Shown in pieces: positions 52,326-63,963 of a stretch of DNA of 64,000 nt. Numbering within the stretch: the stretch's first letter is position 1; every line of letters begins with the position of its first letter. The DNA is from Octopus sinensis (lineage: Eukaryota). A model generated the notes under the pieces. It worked only from the letters and a program-made list of their open reading frames with translations. It was not told where the DNA came from and ran no database searches. The stretch spans positions 13,826,001-13,890,000 of the forward strand of contig NC_043021.1 in assembly GCF_006345805.1 (NCBI RefSeq), read 5' to 3'. The translations under genes were made by a program, and so were the position numbers.

Positions 52326-52611
52326 AGACGCCCTTCAGTCATGACTGAGCGTGGGATTGCACCTAGAAAGTTACCCTCCCAGGCACAAGTCCGGGCAAGA
52401 TTGTTTATGAAAGACCAGCAGTCGCCCATGCATACCGGCCTCCCCTCTGCACACCACTGATGTTATCCAAAGGAAAGGCAAAGGGGCCGATACAGCTTGG
52501 CACCTGTGACGTCGCAGCTCATTTCTACAGCTGAGTGAACTGGAGCAATGTGAAATAAAGTGTCTTGCTCAAGAACACAACATGCAGCTCGGTCCAGGAT
52601 TCAAACTCACA

Positions 52612-52614
<3 letters not shown>
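52326..52614 (-). mobile_element. Family C SINE, antisense, truncated at a (TA)n tract
   Basis: Reverse complement of the 1397-1727 body. It is inverted relative to the copy at 51203-51505. Confidence 0.85.
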
Positions 52615-52678
<64 letters not shown>

Positions 52679-52754
52679 TCAGTGGATCATATATCCTGTG
52701 GATCTATCCTGTGAAGGATAGAGCTGCAATGTAATCACATGCAGTTAAATAAAC

Positions 52755-52944
52755 GTCCAGTCATAGAGTGACCAATGGTTTTACATCCATAAAGCATTTA
52801 GCATAATAGACAACTCATCAGTCTCTAATGGTAGAGGGCATATGACCTCTCTTTTATATGCCCTCTGCCTTTAGAGTCTGACTAGTTGTCTATAAAGCTA
52901 AGGGCTTTATGGATGCGGAACCATTGGTCACTCTATCACTGGAC
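52755..52944. repeat. 190-bp fold-back: 89-bp arms, 12-nt loop, 76/89 complementary
   Basis: Arms 52755-52843 and 52856-52944 align without gaps, with 13 mismatches counted by hand. Confidence 0.95.
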
Positions 52945-53612
52945 ACTTGGGTGCCCTTCTACTGATGCATTTTAGCCACCTGGATATCAAAGACTTGTGT
53001 GTTTAGACCACTTGGAGATTTCAACTAGTTATAATGCTTCTCCATTGATTCAGCTTTCAAGCTTCTACATAAAGAAGAAATAAACCTTTCTAATATATGC
53101 ACAAGGCCTGAAATTTTGTGGGGAGGGGTATAGTTGATTACATCGAACCCAGTGTTTCACTGGTACTTGATTTATCGACCCCGGGAGGATGAAAGACAAA
53201 GTCGACCTTCAGACATTTAATTTATTTTAAGGGTTTACGCAAGGGTATAAAGGTTGAGAAACACTGCTGTAGTGTAAGAGGCCAGATCTGGCTGGCTTGA
53301 GCAGAAAACAGGTAGATCATTTGGCTGGGTATGGCCGGTTTAAATGCTAAAGGATTAAAAGCTGGTTTTATAGATATTTCTTTCAAAATTCCTATTTCTT
53401 TTTCACACCTTCACTTGTGTAGGTTCACAACTGAACTCTCTGAGAGAACATGTCTCAAGTGTCCAGAAACCCTGCTTAAGAACCACTGTTTTATACAGTA
53501 CTCAAATCAGAGAAGTTTAAAAGAGGGGACAGAAAACGGGAATATAATATCTAAACTCTTTAATTCGCTTCTTTTATTTATTTAATTTGTTTTTGTTTTA
53601 TTTTTATTGTAG

Positions 53613-53686
53613 CTATTGAACAAAACATTGAACAAGAAGAACATTCTAATAAGTCATCAGCCGATCTCAGGATACGAAAAACACAG
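53613..53686 (+). CDS. STX1: Syntaxin-1 internal coding exon (Hb-Hc region), 74 nt, phase 1-0
   Basis: T-rich tract ttttgttttatttttattgtag|CT ATT GAA CAA...AAA ACA CAG|gtgagg. With the G from the previous exon it reads [25 protein letters not shown], containing the syntaxin-1 signature [11 protein letters not shown]. It is too short to appear in the ORF track. Confidence 0.97.
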
Positions 53687-53858
53687 GTGAGGATATATCT
53701 GGCTTCTAGAATTGTTGATGACTTTGTTTCAGGTGTGTGTGTGTGTGTGTGTTGAGAGATAGATGTGGCAGAGAGAAAGAAAGAGGAAGAGAAAATGTGC
53801 TCTGTTAAGATGCACGTGTGTGTGTGTGTGTAGAAAGAGAGAGAGGGAGAGAAAGAAG

Positions 53859-54138
53859 ACGCTGTGTGACAGATCTGCGGGGTCATTCTGAAAAGCTCTA
53901 TCTGCGACGATTTCATCTCAATCGAAGGAGAGGGGCTTTCTCTGTCCGGGTTGCGGATCCATGGAACAAGCTGCCAGACGAGATGGTGAAGATGCCGACG
54001 ACCGCTTTGTTCAAAGTCTCACTTGACCTCAAGTGGCCTGAACTCTTTACATGAACACCACCCTGTACATAACTCCATGTCCCCCTACATAGCCTTGCTT
54101 TTTGCTTTTTGAGCCAAAAAATTAACTAACTAACTAAC
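53859..54138 (+). mobile_element. 3' fragment of a CR1/L2-group LINE with a (TAAC)n tail
   Basis: DLRGHSEKLYLRRFHLNRRRGAFSVRVADPWNKLPDEMVKMPTTALFKVSLDLKWPELFT* (stop 54052-54054) fits the CR1 terminal motif RGH..KL......R..FFS.RV...WN.LP..VV....FK..LD. The tail taactaactaactaac lies at 54123-54138. Confidence 0.85.
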
Positions 54139-54756
54139 CTAGATCGAGTGGAAACTCCAGCTGGGGGGAACACATATGTCACAGAAACCGGGCCCATGAG
54201 CCTGGCTAGGCTTGAAAAGGGCGATGTTATTTTAAGTCCAAGATGGAGCTGACAACCAGTGATGTGTGTGTATCTGTGTGTGTGCTTGTGTATCTATGTG
54301 TGTGCTTGTGTATCTATGTGTGTGTATCTGTGTGTGTGTTTGTGTATCTATGTGTGTGTGTGATATAAAATCTGTTTTCCCTCTAGCCATTGCATTAATC
54401 TAATGTTATTTTTCTTTTCTATTTTCTTTCTCTTTCACCAGGTATCAAGGAAGTTTTTCTGGTTCCTTCTCAGTCTGTCTTAACTCCATAGATTCCTAAA
54501 ATGCACAGAGGATGCCAGTGGGATTCTTTGATGAGTAGAATCATTAAGTTTATATCAATTAAGAAATTAGTTTAGATTTTTTTTTTTCTTAAAAACTGCA
54601 AAACAGTTAACACCTGTCGAATTACGCTTATTATATATCACCACCTATTTTTATACCTAACTTTTGCACTGTTTATTTTTCTGTTTTACATGTGTGTGTG
54701 TCTGTGTGTCTTTCTCTAGTTGTATTTGTACATTTATATATTCCTAATTTTCTTCC

Positions 54757-54800
<44 letters not shown>

Positions 54801-55422
54801 CTATATATATATATATATATATATACATATCTGTATGTATATATCCACTCTTTATTTCTTTTATTTCCGTCATTCTTGGGTGTTATTCTCTTCATTGACC
54901 AAGTTTCTGGAATATTGTACAAAGACAACTCATTGAATAGCCTAGAAGACAGTGGGATGGGTAGTGAATGGGCTGCCTGTTGCCAGATGAAAGTATGTCT
55001 TTAACAATACATGACCTCCCCTTACACACACACAATCCTTCTTCTCTCCATCTCCCTAGTTTCCACTATATATTAATATTTATTGGCAAGCGTTTATATT
55101 AACCATATTGTTGACTATGGAAAGATTTCCATGTTCTGTACAAATAGACAGGTAAACTGCATGATACAATCATTACCCATTGCAATATTTTGGAGGATTG
55201 AAATCCCTTAGAACCAGGGTCTAGAAATATATTTCATCTTGATGTACAACACCTTGTGAAAATACCTCTTTGCCATAACCTCGAATTGATCTAAGTATTG
55301 TGAGGGAAATTTGATGGACAGAAACTCAAAGCTGTTCAGAAGAACTGGATTATAATCCACAGGGTTTAGTCATGTCATGCACTGGGTCAGTCGGTCATTG
55401 AGCAATGTGCCTAACAATCATT

Positions 55423-56350
55423 TTAACCCTTTTGTTAACATATTTCTTTTGAAATACTTTGCTTTTGTTTCAATTAATTTTGAAATAATGAAGAATTTAG
55501 GAAAATAACTTCGTCATTATTACACCACTGTTTGGTTCATAAAATAGCATGAAATTAATTTTGATGGAAAATTTTAATTGGGATCACTTAAACCCATTTG
55601 TGACAATACTTCTTTTGAAATACACTGCTTTTGTTGCAATTAATTTTAAAGTTAATGAAGAAGTTAGCAAAATAGCTTTGTCATTATTAAGCAGGTGTTT
55701 GAAACATAAATTGACAGGAAGTTTTGATGGAAGATTAGAATTCAGATCACTTTAACACTTGTGTTACCATATTTCTCTCGAAATATGCTGCTATTGTTTC
55801 AATTAATTTTGAAAATAATGACAAGTATAAGAAAATAAGTTTGTCATTATTAAACTAGCAATTGGAACATAACATGAAATTTTGATGGAAGATTATTATC
55901 CAGATCACTTTAACCGTTTTGTTACCATATTTCTCTTGAAATACACTGCTTTTGATAATAATGAAGAATTTAGGAAAATAACCTTATCATGATTAAGCTG
56001 GTGTTTAACCCTTTCGTTACCAACCCAGCTGAAACTGCCTCTGGCTCTCTAGTACAAATATCTTTTTTCATAAGTTCTGAATTAAAATCTTCTACCAAAC
56101 CTTAGTCATAATTTATGTTCCTAACACCAGCTTAATGATAACCAAGTTATTTTACTAAATTATTTCTTATATTTAAAATTAATTGAAAGAAACGCAGAGC
56201 ATCTCAACAGAAATATAGTAACAAAAGGGTTAAAACATGAATTAGCTTAAAATTTTGATGAATGACTGTAATTTAGATCACTTCAAAGCTAAGAGGTTTT
56301 ATTATCCTAGAACCAGTATAGTCTTGCAGTGGTTAGTATCAAAAGAGTAA
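55423..56350. repeat. Tandem array of four units of a piggyBac-like MITE family (~160-165 bp period)
   Basis: Units begin with ttaaccc/ttaacac/ttaaccg at 55423, 55588, 55752 and 55910. Each carries gaaatacactgct..aattaattttgaaaataatgaagaatttag..ttttgatggaa..gatcactt. More decayed copies lie at ~33095-33505. Confidence 0.85.
56009..56229. mobile_element. piggyBac-like MITE with intact TTAA TSD, nested in inverted orientation in the fourth array unit
   Basis: TTAA|CCCTTTCGTTACC...GTAACAAAAGGG|TTAA. The body is the reverse complement of the array unit. Confidence 0.85.
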
Positions 56351-56759
56351 GAATAGATGTCTGTGGAATATCCAACCATTTATGCTGTAATATATAATAT
56401 CTAAGTAGCTCCAGTGATTGGTTGGCTGGAATACTTATTCAGTGTTTGCTTCCCACAGAAATTCGTGGTCTTGTGCCAGTGTTAGAAATGAATTAGTATT
56501 TCAACTGTTTGGTTCTGACTAATAGGGTCGTGGTTTGAATTTCATGCTGTTGCAGCCTGTTCAGCTGTGATGATGACTAGCTGGATGTAGTCAGAGCCTG
56601 GTTTCCGTCCATCTCTTACATCTTGGCAGGTCTTTGTGTGAAGCGGAGGGGGCCCAAGATGGTGTCTGTCTGCTCGTGATCACACAGACACCTAAAAGAA
56701 GTATGAAAGGTATGGTACAGAAGCCATAATCCCTTGTGATTGGTTCCTGGTGGTACCAT

Positions 56760-56880
56760 AATGAATCTATATAGATTAGGGATTGATCCGAAGTCCACTG
56801 CTAACGGGAAAACTTGTAATTGTCGTGTCTCCCGACGATGTCCATTAGATGGATTTTGTTTATGTGGCAATAATCAATAA
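56760..56880 (+). mobile_element. Possible Penelope-like element fragment (Cys-rich linker before GIY-YIG)
   Basis: The frame reads DPKSTANGKTCNCRVSRRCPLDGFCLCGNNQ*, resembling the CNCR....CPL.G.CL motif I recall from Penelope-like elements. No GIY-YIG is visible. Confidence 0.45.
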
Positions 56881-57162
56881 AACAACTCAGTAAATGAAAT
56901 AAAATATAAAATAAAACTTAATTATTAGCTTTTCTCACTTAGAAGGTTTTATTTCCTAATTAGGCAATTTTAAATATCTGAGAAACTATCTCTGCCATTT
57001 ACCATACGAAAGTTCTCTCCCTTGGAAACTTATTAAATCTACAATTAAGAAACATCTCCAGATATGTTTTAGCATAATTTTTAATTATTTAAAATATACG
57101 TTTCCAATGTGATTCTTTTCCCCTCATCTTCAAGTATAATTTTACAATGTGTGTGTGGATAT

Positions 57163-57201
<39 letters not shown>

Positions 57202-57367
57202 TAGATGCAGGTGTGGCTATGTGGGAAGAAGCATGCTTCTCAACCACATGGTTTCAGGTTCAGTCCCACTATGTGGCACCTTGGGTAAGTGTCTTCTACT
57301 ATAGCCTTGGGCCCACCAAACCTAGTGATTGGTAAGCAAGCTACTTACCACACAGCCACTCCTCCGC

Positions 57368-57417
<50 letters not shown>

Positions 57418-58202
57418 ATATAGGCTTCCATATTCATTCCCAGGGTTGGTTTGGAGTTATTGTAGAAAACTCTTGTCCAAGGTGCCATGCTGTGGGACTG
57501 AACCCCAAACCATGTGCTTACAAATTGAGTTACTTAACCATATGGCTATAGCTGCTGTTGCTGCTATTAGCTGATAATATTTTTCTCATGGGCCCTCAGG
57601 TCATATACTTTCATCCGAAATGGATTTTCAACCCAGCTTCAGACATAAAAGACACCAGAGCTCCACTGATGCTACTGGAGTGGTTTGAGCTGTTTGCGTA
57701 TAAGCTTTCTTATGTTGGTCTCCCAATATCTGACCTTTCAGGGATGACCAGTCCAGCTTTGGAATATTCTAATTGCAATTACAAACTGGGCAAGCGAGAT
57801 TATCTCTGCCTCTTCCACCATACACAGCTTTAGCAGTTTGCAAGCATTACATCCCACTCCCATCACATAAACAAATACACACTCGCTTGCGCACACCTAT
57901 ATGTACACACATCCACATATCGTTATTAGTTCTATTACTTGCTATTTTAGAGAAGAGAATATTCTATACTTAGTTTGCCCACTTCCTTCAACAATGTTCC
58001 TGTTGTTTCTTTTGGCCGAATTGGTTGCAAGGGAAATAACCCTAACTTTCTATCTTGATCTGGTGAAGGAACGAGGCTTTACTTATTAGTTTTTTCTTTT
58101 TTTTTTGGTTAATTTGTTGATGTCTTCATGTGATCCTGTTATATTTTATCTTTAGTACATAGCATACGTAATGTCATTATTTCCCTTTAGAGTATGTGTG
58201 TG

Positions 58203-58238
<36 letters not shown>

Positions 58239-58243
58239 CACAC

Positions 58244-58343
58244 ACGTTATATAATTAGGGTTCAGTAAAAAAATTTACTTTACCACACACCGAACTTTTG
58301 TGGTTAAGTAAATTTTTTTTACTGAACCCTAATTATATAACGT
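58244..58343. repeat. 100-bp near-perfect palindrome (~44-bp arms), MITE-like
   Basis: acgttatataattagggttcagtaaaaaaatttactttaccaca ... tgtggttaagtaaattttttttactgaaccctaattatataacgt, with one mismatch and one A/T-run length difference. Confidence 0.92.
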
Positions 58344-58441
58344 AATGTTTTAAATATACCATAAATGGTCTTTTTACATACTGAACACTACTTGGTAAAA
58401 TTATTAATTAATAATTAATTAATATTACCCTTTTATTATTG

Positions 58442-58472
<31 letters not shown>

Positions 58473-61400
58473 TATATATAGCATGGAAAGCAGACGTTAA
58501 ACGATGATGATGATGATGATATATATATATATATATATATATTGTTCCTTCTCAAGCCATCCCTGCCTCACAAGGTTCGGTTTCCCGGTTTCCTTGGCGT
58601 ATAGGTTTCCTCAAAAGAAAGAATCAAATAAAATGTCCCTATGATCCAGAAACTTGTCTGTCACTGAGAAAGCCTCCCTTATGTCAGTCTGTTTGTCAGT
58701 TTCTCTAATTCTCTCTTTCTTTCTCAATGTTTAGATTTTATACTGTAAAGAAAATCACTAGCATCCTTTCTGCATACTTATACTATTATTATTGTTATTA
58801 ATACTACTACTTATGACTTTGTGCCATTGTGAAAAATTACTACTGTTACTGTTATACTAATTATTATTAGTATTATTATTATTATTATTGCTAATGTTGT
58901 TATAATCATTAATTATATATGTACTGTTAATATTTTATCATCATTATTTTTCTTCTCCAAAACATGATTATTTTTTGTTATATTGTATGTTATATAATAA
59001 CACATTATATAATGTAATATTATATAATGCTATTATATATTATATAACAATGACATGTTATTGACATTTTCTAATGATAATTTTCCGATAGCTGTGTACC
59101 CACAGGTGTTTAGTGTGAACATTTCTAATAACTGTGTACCCACGGGTGGTTAGTACATTCATTTCCTATAGCTGTACCTATAGCTGTGTTAGTTTAGAAT
59201 TGGCAGTCGTCACTCAATTTTTAAAAAATTTCCTTCCATAAATCAAATAATTAAATCGATGGAATCTTAGATGAATCTTAATGTTTGGAACACCTGGAGA
59301 TTTGTGTCAGAATAAGATTAGAATTTTTTGTCCCCCAAGATTATTAACCTTATCTTTTGAGATGAAAGTTTTTATTTGTTTTGTAATATTTGTATCTAAC
59401 AATCAGCCAGTTGGCAATTAGCTATTTCATCTTGCTGGTGCCAATTGTCATATTACAAAAAATATTGAAGATATTAATTCAAAAGACACTTCATCTCTAA
59501 AGTTGAGGTTAATAATCTTCTCAAAAATTATAATCTTTATTAACAACTCATTTTGAACCTTTAACCTTTTTCATTCCAACCTGGAACTGACCCTGGTTCT
59601 TTGATGATTAAAAGACAAAAGCCTTCTCTGTTTTGAAGTGTTCATATTTATATCATACAACTCTGTCATAATTATTTATGGAAAAACATTTTCAGTGTGT
59701 TCCAAACAACAATTTAATACTGACAAAAGTGACCTATTTTAATAAAGCATTCCAAATTCTCAAATATTTTCCAAATTAATTGAAGTCCATACACGATATA
59801 TTTTATGAAGAATAATGTTAACAAATAGGTTAAGACATTTAATTATTTTGTTATATTTCTGTTACTTTATAATCTACACCACCACCACCACCACCACTGT
59901 CATTGCCGAATTTTCCATCTTGCTTGAACTAATATTTTATGGAGGTCCAGTGTTGCTCAGCAGCTATATAAATGCTTTAACCATCACAGACTCTTTGAGT
60001 GGCAGTAAGATTATCCAAACCCATCCTTATTGAGTTCACCAAAGTGGCATACATTGTTATTTCAGCTGATAAAACAATGTTCTACTGTTTGGCAAATTAG
60101 ACATTATGAGCACCAATTTGATACAGAAACAAAAACACCAGGCCTCACTGAAAGCAATAGGTAAAATTATTTAAATCCCTTTAGTTTGTCTGTTCCAGTT
60201 TTACTGTCTCAAAATTATGTTTTTGAGGCTTATCATTAACATTAAAGTCTTTGCAGTCAAATTTATAATGCAAGCAGCTACATCATAGAAGAAGAGCCAG
60301 TTTAACCAGTCAATAACATACAAAGCTTTTAAATTTATTTTAACCCTCACTGTGCTGATGAAATAACGATATAATATGCTAATCATATGCAAATCAGTTC
60401 TCACAATCTCTTTCCATTGGTCAGGTCAGTAAAATTAATATGTGAGTGTTACGTCATATGAAATATGGAGAATTCTTGAAAGTACCATGCTTTCAGAAAT
60501 GAGTTAACTTGGTTCTTGTGTCTCAAGTGTGCTTGCATGGAACCAAATATACTCTGTTCTGGTGCAGTAAGGATGAAATTTAACCTTATTTCATGAAGTG
60601 TCAAAATTTTCATTATACAACCATGACATGGTTACGGACACCTTTACTTAATGGAATAAATTTAATGTGAAGTTAACTGCTTCATGAGTTAAGAAATGGC
60701 CAAACCAGCTTCTTTTATGATGTAACTGCTTCAGTTTCAACACAGTCTCAGGTTAAGTCACTTGCTTGACAAATTCTACTCCAATATTTATAATAAGAAT
60801 ATACACATTTAATATTTCCTGGTGGAATCCATATTATCTTTAATTCTGACTCACCTCAGCTGTTAAGAATGGAAATAATAACCTGCCTGTGACTGTTGTC
60901 CTATAATGGAAGAGATTTCTCTCTCATTTGCTTAATGCTAAGTAAGCAGCAGCCCCTATAAGTCACCATAGAGCTGTGAAACCCTTTACGTTTTATACTG
61001 TGAGGTGCAAGTGTGGCTGTATGGTAAGAAGTTTACTTACCAACTTCATGGTTCTGGGTTCATTCCCACTGTGTGCCACTTTGGTCAAGTTTCTTCTCTT
61101 ATAGCCCTAGGCCAACCAAAACCTTGTTAGTGGATTTGGTAGATGGAAAGTGAAAGAAGTGTCACTGTTACACAAGAAGTTTCCTTCCTTACCAATATTC
61201 TGGGAAACAAGTCTAGCCATGGGGAAACATTACATTGCTTGGATTCAGATGAAAGTTGGCAACGGGAAGGGCATCTAACCGTAGAATATCTCCCACAACA
61301 AATTCCACCCAACCCATGCAAGCATAGAAAAGTGAGTATTGAAATGGTGATGATGATTGTTAGTGTGCATTAGCAGGACCTCTTGGACTCCTCTGGTGCC

Positions 61401-62027
61401 ACAGCATTGAAGAAATCCTCAAAATGGTACACAAAAGCTATGCATACTACTGAAAATATTTTGATCTTATCTGAATCCCTGTCCCATATTTTGCAAAAGG
61501 ACTTGTGTAAAGACATAGCTTTTACTCCGTACCTAAACTGAAACTCGAATGTAAAGATCAAATTAACATCTCTGGGTACACAACTATGAATTCATGTATG
61601 ATACTTGGCCATTGTCAAAATTGACAGGCAAACTGTCATCATAACATTATGTATATATATATATTCCGCTCTTTTTGTATATCTATGTTTCTTGTTGGCT
61701 GAAGATAGATTAGGCCAACTGTTATGGTGCTGATGATGCTTATTGAGGCAGAAACACATGCACCCAATTGTTCTCTTTCTCTATTGGCATGTCAGCTTTA
61801 AACAAGTCTGGTTCTTGAGATTATCTCCCCTTATTGAGCGGAGCTGGTCCCAATTGCCATTTGGTAGTTGTGACATATCGTCCAGAAGCGGAGATAATTT
61901 CAATAAATCTACAATTTAAGTTGTATGATATTTGCTATACCTGTATTTGTCTATGTTGTTCCTTGGCCACTCTGAATTATTTCTATTTCGTTTACCTCAT
62001 TTTTGTTTCATATATATATGTATATGT

Positions 62028-62086
<59 letters not shown>

Positions 62087-63481
62087 AAATGTATATGTAT
62101 GTATGTGTGTTATATTTAAAATGTGTGTATTTGTATATGTATGTATGTGTATACATAAAATGGAAATGTGCATAGATATAAGTGCAAGAACAAAAATAAG
62201 AGTAAGAGAAAAAAAAAAGAGAAGGCAATTGGCCGCAGATGTTGTTATGATTGTATAGTTTGGAAGATCACTATTATGTGGTCCTGAGTTCAGTCCCACT
62301 GCAAAGCACCTTTGGCCAGCATCTTCTGCTAAAGCTTTGGCTCAGCACTAGTTTTGTGAGAGAAATTTGGCATAGAAAATCATGCAGGATCTCACCAAAT
62401 AGAATGTACCAGTAATTTAATGGAGGGAAGCCTTGTCATGCATAATGCCATACTGATCCTACCTCACAGTTGCATTAAGAGTAAATGTGTGTGTGTGTGG
62501 GAAAAAGTCTCAGGATTATGGTAAGAGTACACATGTCTGTGGAATACTCGACCACTTTAACTATGAACCAAGGGAGGCTGTGTATGTTATTCAGTGGGCT
62601 AACCCTATCATATTGATTCTAACTGAAAGATTAATTACAGGGTGCACATCCATGAAATATTCTCAGGATTTCACTGTGGAATACACGGCCTTTTTTACAA
62701 CAGTATACACACACACACTCATCCAGCAGGTGTCTATTTGGACTATTAATTACACATCCATTTGTTTCTTCCAGTGTAATCTTATTCAGTGTAGGCACAT
62801 AGCTAAGTGGACAGGGTATTCAGCTCACGAGTGTAAGGCTTCAAGCTTGATTCCTGGTGACACATTGGGTCCTTGAGCCAGCTACTTTCTTTCATGTTGC
62901 TCCTGTCCACTCAGCTGGCAAAAACCAAGTTGTGCATGTATTTCAAAAGGGCCACCCTTGTCACATTTCTGCGTCACGCTGAACCTCTTCTGAGAAGTAC
63001 ATTAAGGGTACGCGTGTCTGTGGAGGGCTTAGCCACTTGCATGGTAATTTCACGAGCTGGCTGTTCTGTCGGGTCGGATCAACTGGAGTCCTCATTGTCA
63101 TAACAAACTGAGTGCCAACCAATCATTCGACAAATCTCTCCAGTAATCAACAAAGAATCAGAAACACCATGTTTTATCTTCTCCTTTTATGTTTATGCAT
63201 ATTTCCATTATACTTGTATATGCGTAAATTAATCAGTGTGTGTGTGTTTGTGTCCACACACACACACACACACACACTCACACATGCAGTATATTTATTC
63301 AAGTATAATGCAAGAAATTTAATCCAAGACATCAGGACTCAAAAGTGCTGGCTGACATTATACTGAAGTGTCAATAGAAAATGAAAAAGTAAAAAGAATA
63401 AAATAAAATAGAATATTGATTTTCTTTTTTTTTATCAGAAGTGTGGGTTCCACGGTGTTTGAGATTGCATTGAAGTTGAGT

Positions 63482-63524
<43 letters not shown>

Positions 63525-63539
63525 TGTGTGTGTGTGTGT

Positions 63540-63582
<43 letters not shown>

Positions 63583-63816
63583 GTGTGCATGTATGTATGT
63601 ACACACATAATTTGAAAAAATTGTGTTTGAACAAAACGCTGGTTACTAAAACATCATTATGCCTTCACTGTTGTTGTTATATATGTATGTGTGTGGGTGT
63701 ATGTATGTCTGTATATATATACACACACACATTTTAAATAAAAATTATATATATATATACACACACACATTTTAAATAATAATAATTATATATATATATA
63801 CACACACTTTAGATAA

Positions 63817-63856
<40 letters not shown>

Positions 63857-63963
63857 GAAGTAAATATATGGCACAACGAAGTACCGATATATTTACTTCT
63901 ATGTATAATTTTCCCTCACGGGCTATTCTTTACTGGAAAGGCAATACTCTCGTATTGCATTAC

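Larger units (their letters stand above)
45593..53612 (+). other. STX1: Syntaxin-1 intron, 8020 nt, GT-AG, phase 1
   Basis: Lies between the two exons above. Joining them preserves the frame (AAG G|CT = K A). Confidence 0.93.

Noticed and set aside
57558-57833. 91-aa plus-strand ORF as the next syntaxin exon
   Set aside because: It has no similarity to the expected STLSRKFVEVM..YN.TQ.DYR.RCK.RI.RQ sequence.
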